64,000 nucleotides of DNA from Squalus acanthias. Lineage: Eukaryota. Below, in pieces: positions 62,215 through 64,000 of the stretch (position 1 is the first letter of the stretch; every line of letters begins with the position of its first letter). The DNA lies in assembly GCA_030390025.1 (NCBI GenBank), contig CM059432.1:95172001-95236000 (forward strand). The letters run 5' to 3'. The translations under genes were made by a program, and so were the position numbers. The notes under the pieces were generated by a model. That model was not told where the DNA came from, searched no databases, and worked only from the letters and a program-made list of their open reading frames with translations.

Positions 62215-64000
62215 GTAAGTCAACCCTCTCAGTGTGTTACTTTTGCATTGTAACCGGCAGTCATTTACGTATCAACTCATATTTGTTCCACCCTCGTGGG
62301 CCTGTTTACAGCCTGAAATTGTGTTCTTGTTCTTTGACTTTAAAAATCTTGCAAACTTTGTAGTTTAGCATGTTTCTCTTGCCTGTGAAGCCGATCAGTT
62401 CCTATTGCGAATACCTGGCCTCTCATTACATTCTTTGATTTCTCAGGAGCGTTCATAGCTAAGGAATTTCTGCCTCGCGTTTAATAACAATGGAACTAAA
62501 GTCTTTCGTTCTGTTATTACTTTAACTCTTGGTGTAGTCTAGTAGAAAAGGTAGGAGTCAGGTGTTCATAATATGTGACTGTAATTTAGCCAGTGTTCTT
62601 GGGCAACATATATCATGTAATCAACAGTAAACAGTGGTAGGAACTTACAGGTAAAAGCCACGAAGTCAGCAAGAATCAATGCAGCGGATATAATCAGAAC
62701 AAAATGGGAGCTTTATAATTTAAGATTAGTTCACTTATTGTGTATTCGTTCAGTGAAGATGACCTTATTAGCATCTAAAAGCACAAACTATTAAAAGTAT
62801 CGAACAATTATAAATTATTAAATATGTCAAACTTTGCTAACATACAAGTATATTCAAGAACAATGTAGAAGATAAAACATTGTTATTAAGGTTGCGGGTA
62901 AATCTAAATCATAGACTATCAAAGGTGATGGAACATAAGAAGAAACATCATCAGGTTACATATCCGTAGACATCCAACAATACTGAAATACAGAATTGGG
63001 AAACGTACAGAAACTACAGCAACAGAATTAGTATATTAAACTGAAATGGCGAAGCCACCTGTCAAGCACTTACCACCCAATTGTATGAATTTAGCAGGAT
63101 TGTTTCCTCTTTGATAAATTCACAATGACACATTCTGTCTCACAGCTCTCATTCGAATATATTTGTAACGGAAGATTTTTGCTGATTAACTCTGCAGTAA
63201 CTGTATTTTGTTGGATAAAATGCTGAAATAATAAATCATGCAAAGCTGTATAAAAATGTAACAGTTTGCGAACGCCGTAAATGCATATTCTGGTAAGCAA
63301 AATAAAATAATAATTATAAGAACTTTAGATTTTTACTCAGCGAGGAGCTATATTCTTGTATCAGGTCACCATTGAATTGCCTGTGCAATGACACTTGAGT
63401 CTTCAATCATCCTCAGTGTATCATATCCTGGAATTAATACTGAATTAGACTGCAGTGTCTTTTATATTATTAAACGATTACTTATATTTTGGAAATGTAC
63501 ATGTATTGATCGCCCAGAAACTCAACAGATGCCTACATGGGGTGAAGTAGATTGTATCTGAAACAGTTGCTGACACACACATCTCTATAATACACACACA
63601 TATAACATGTAATTCTGTTTTCTAGTCCACCAAATAGTAGCGAAATAATCCGAAAATTATATTGTAGTTCTGGTTGTGATGTTTTTGGCTTTTAAAAACA
63701 TTTCATTTCTTTACATGATCATGTGAGCTCCTAAAATCAAACGAGGTGGACCTGCAGATCCCCTGTTTTAATTTGCCAAATAATTGTAAAGTGATAATAA
63801 CATCGTACAGTCTCGCTAAACGAAATCCAAAATGCTGTATAATTTATTAGTCATATCCTGGTAAGATCCATCCGCCTTTGACAATGGGAAACAATAAGAT
63901 TTGAAAGGGAAAATGAACTCTCAAGGGGGACACAATTATATTTTATAAAGTAAAAACGTCAGCGGTGTCTAACATCGATAATCTTAAAGCAATCGCCAAC

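Noticed and set aside
61278..62363. The 361-aa ORF as a complete single-exon protein
   Set aside because: The first residues precede the splice acceptor and first ATG, and everything after 62214 is intron read-through; no zinc fingers are present
1..64000. CRISPR array, prokaryotic operon or defence system
   Set aside because: No regularly spaced direct repeats or prokaryotic gene organisation; the content is vertebrate

Overview
Eukaryotic (vertebrate, most likely shark/cartilaginous-fish) genomic DNA. The only host protein-coding sequence I can support is the first coding exon of GATA6 (+ strand, exon 61305-62214, long-isoform ATG 61341, short-isoform ATG 61686). It lies in an ~11 kb zone (~52.6-64 kb) that is nearly free of transposons and keeps its CpGs. 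The upstream ~51 kb is a dense, nested field of decayed transposons. It holds more than a dozen PIF/Harbinger elements or derivatives (a spliced Myb/SANT gene convergent with a HARBI1-type DDE transposase, non-autonomous deletion families, MITEs), CR1 and L2 LINE pieces, DeuSINE (SacSINE1/AmnSINE1-like) copies and a tRNA-SINE sharing its tail with a LINE in the window. It also holds Penelope-like (GIY-YIG) retroelements whose terminal repeats contain minimal hammerhead ribozyme motifs. The most notable structures are the Penelope hammerheads and fold-back inserts with clear TSDs, a chimeric Harbinger family whose transposase is replaced by a Penelope palindrome, and a GATA-motif cluster upstream of GATA6. 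All calls were made by eye, and boundaries of degenerate elements are approximate.
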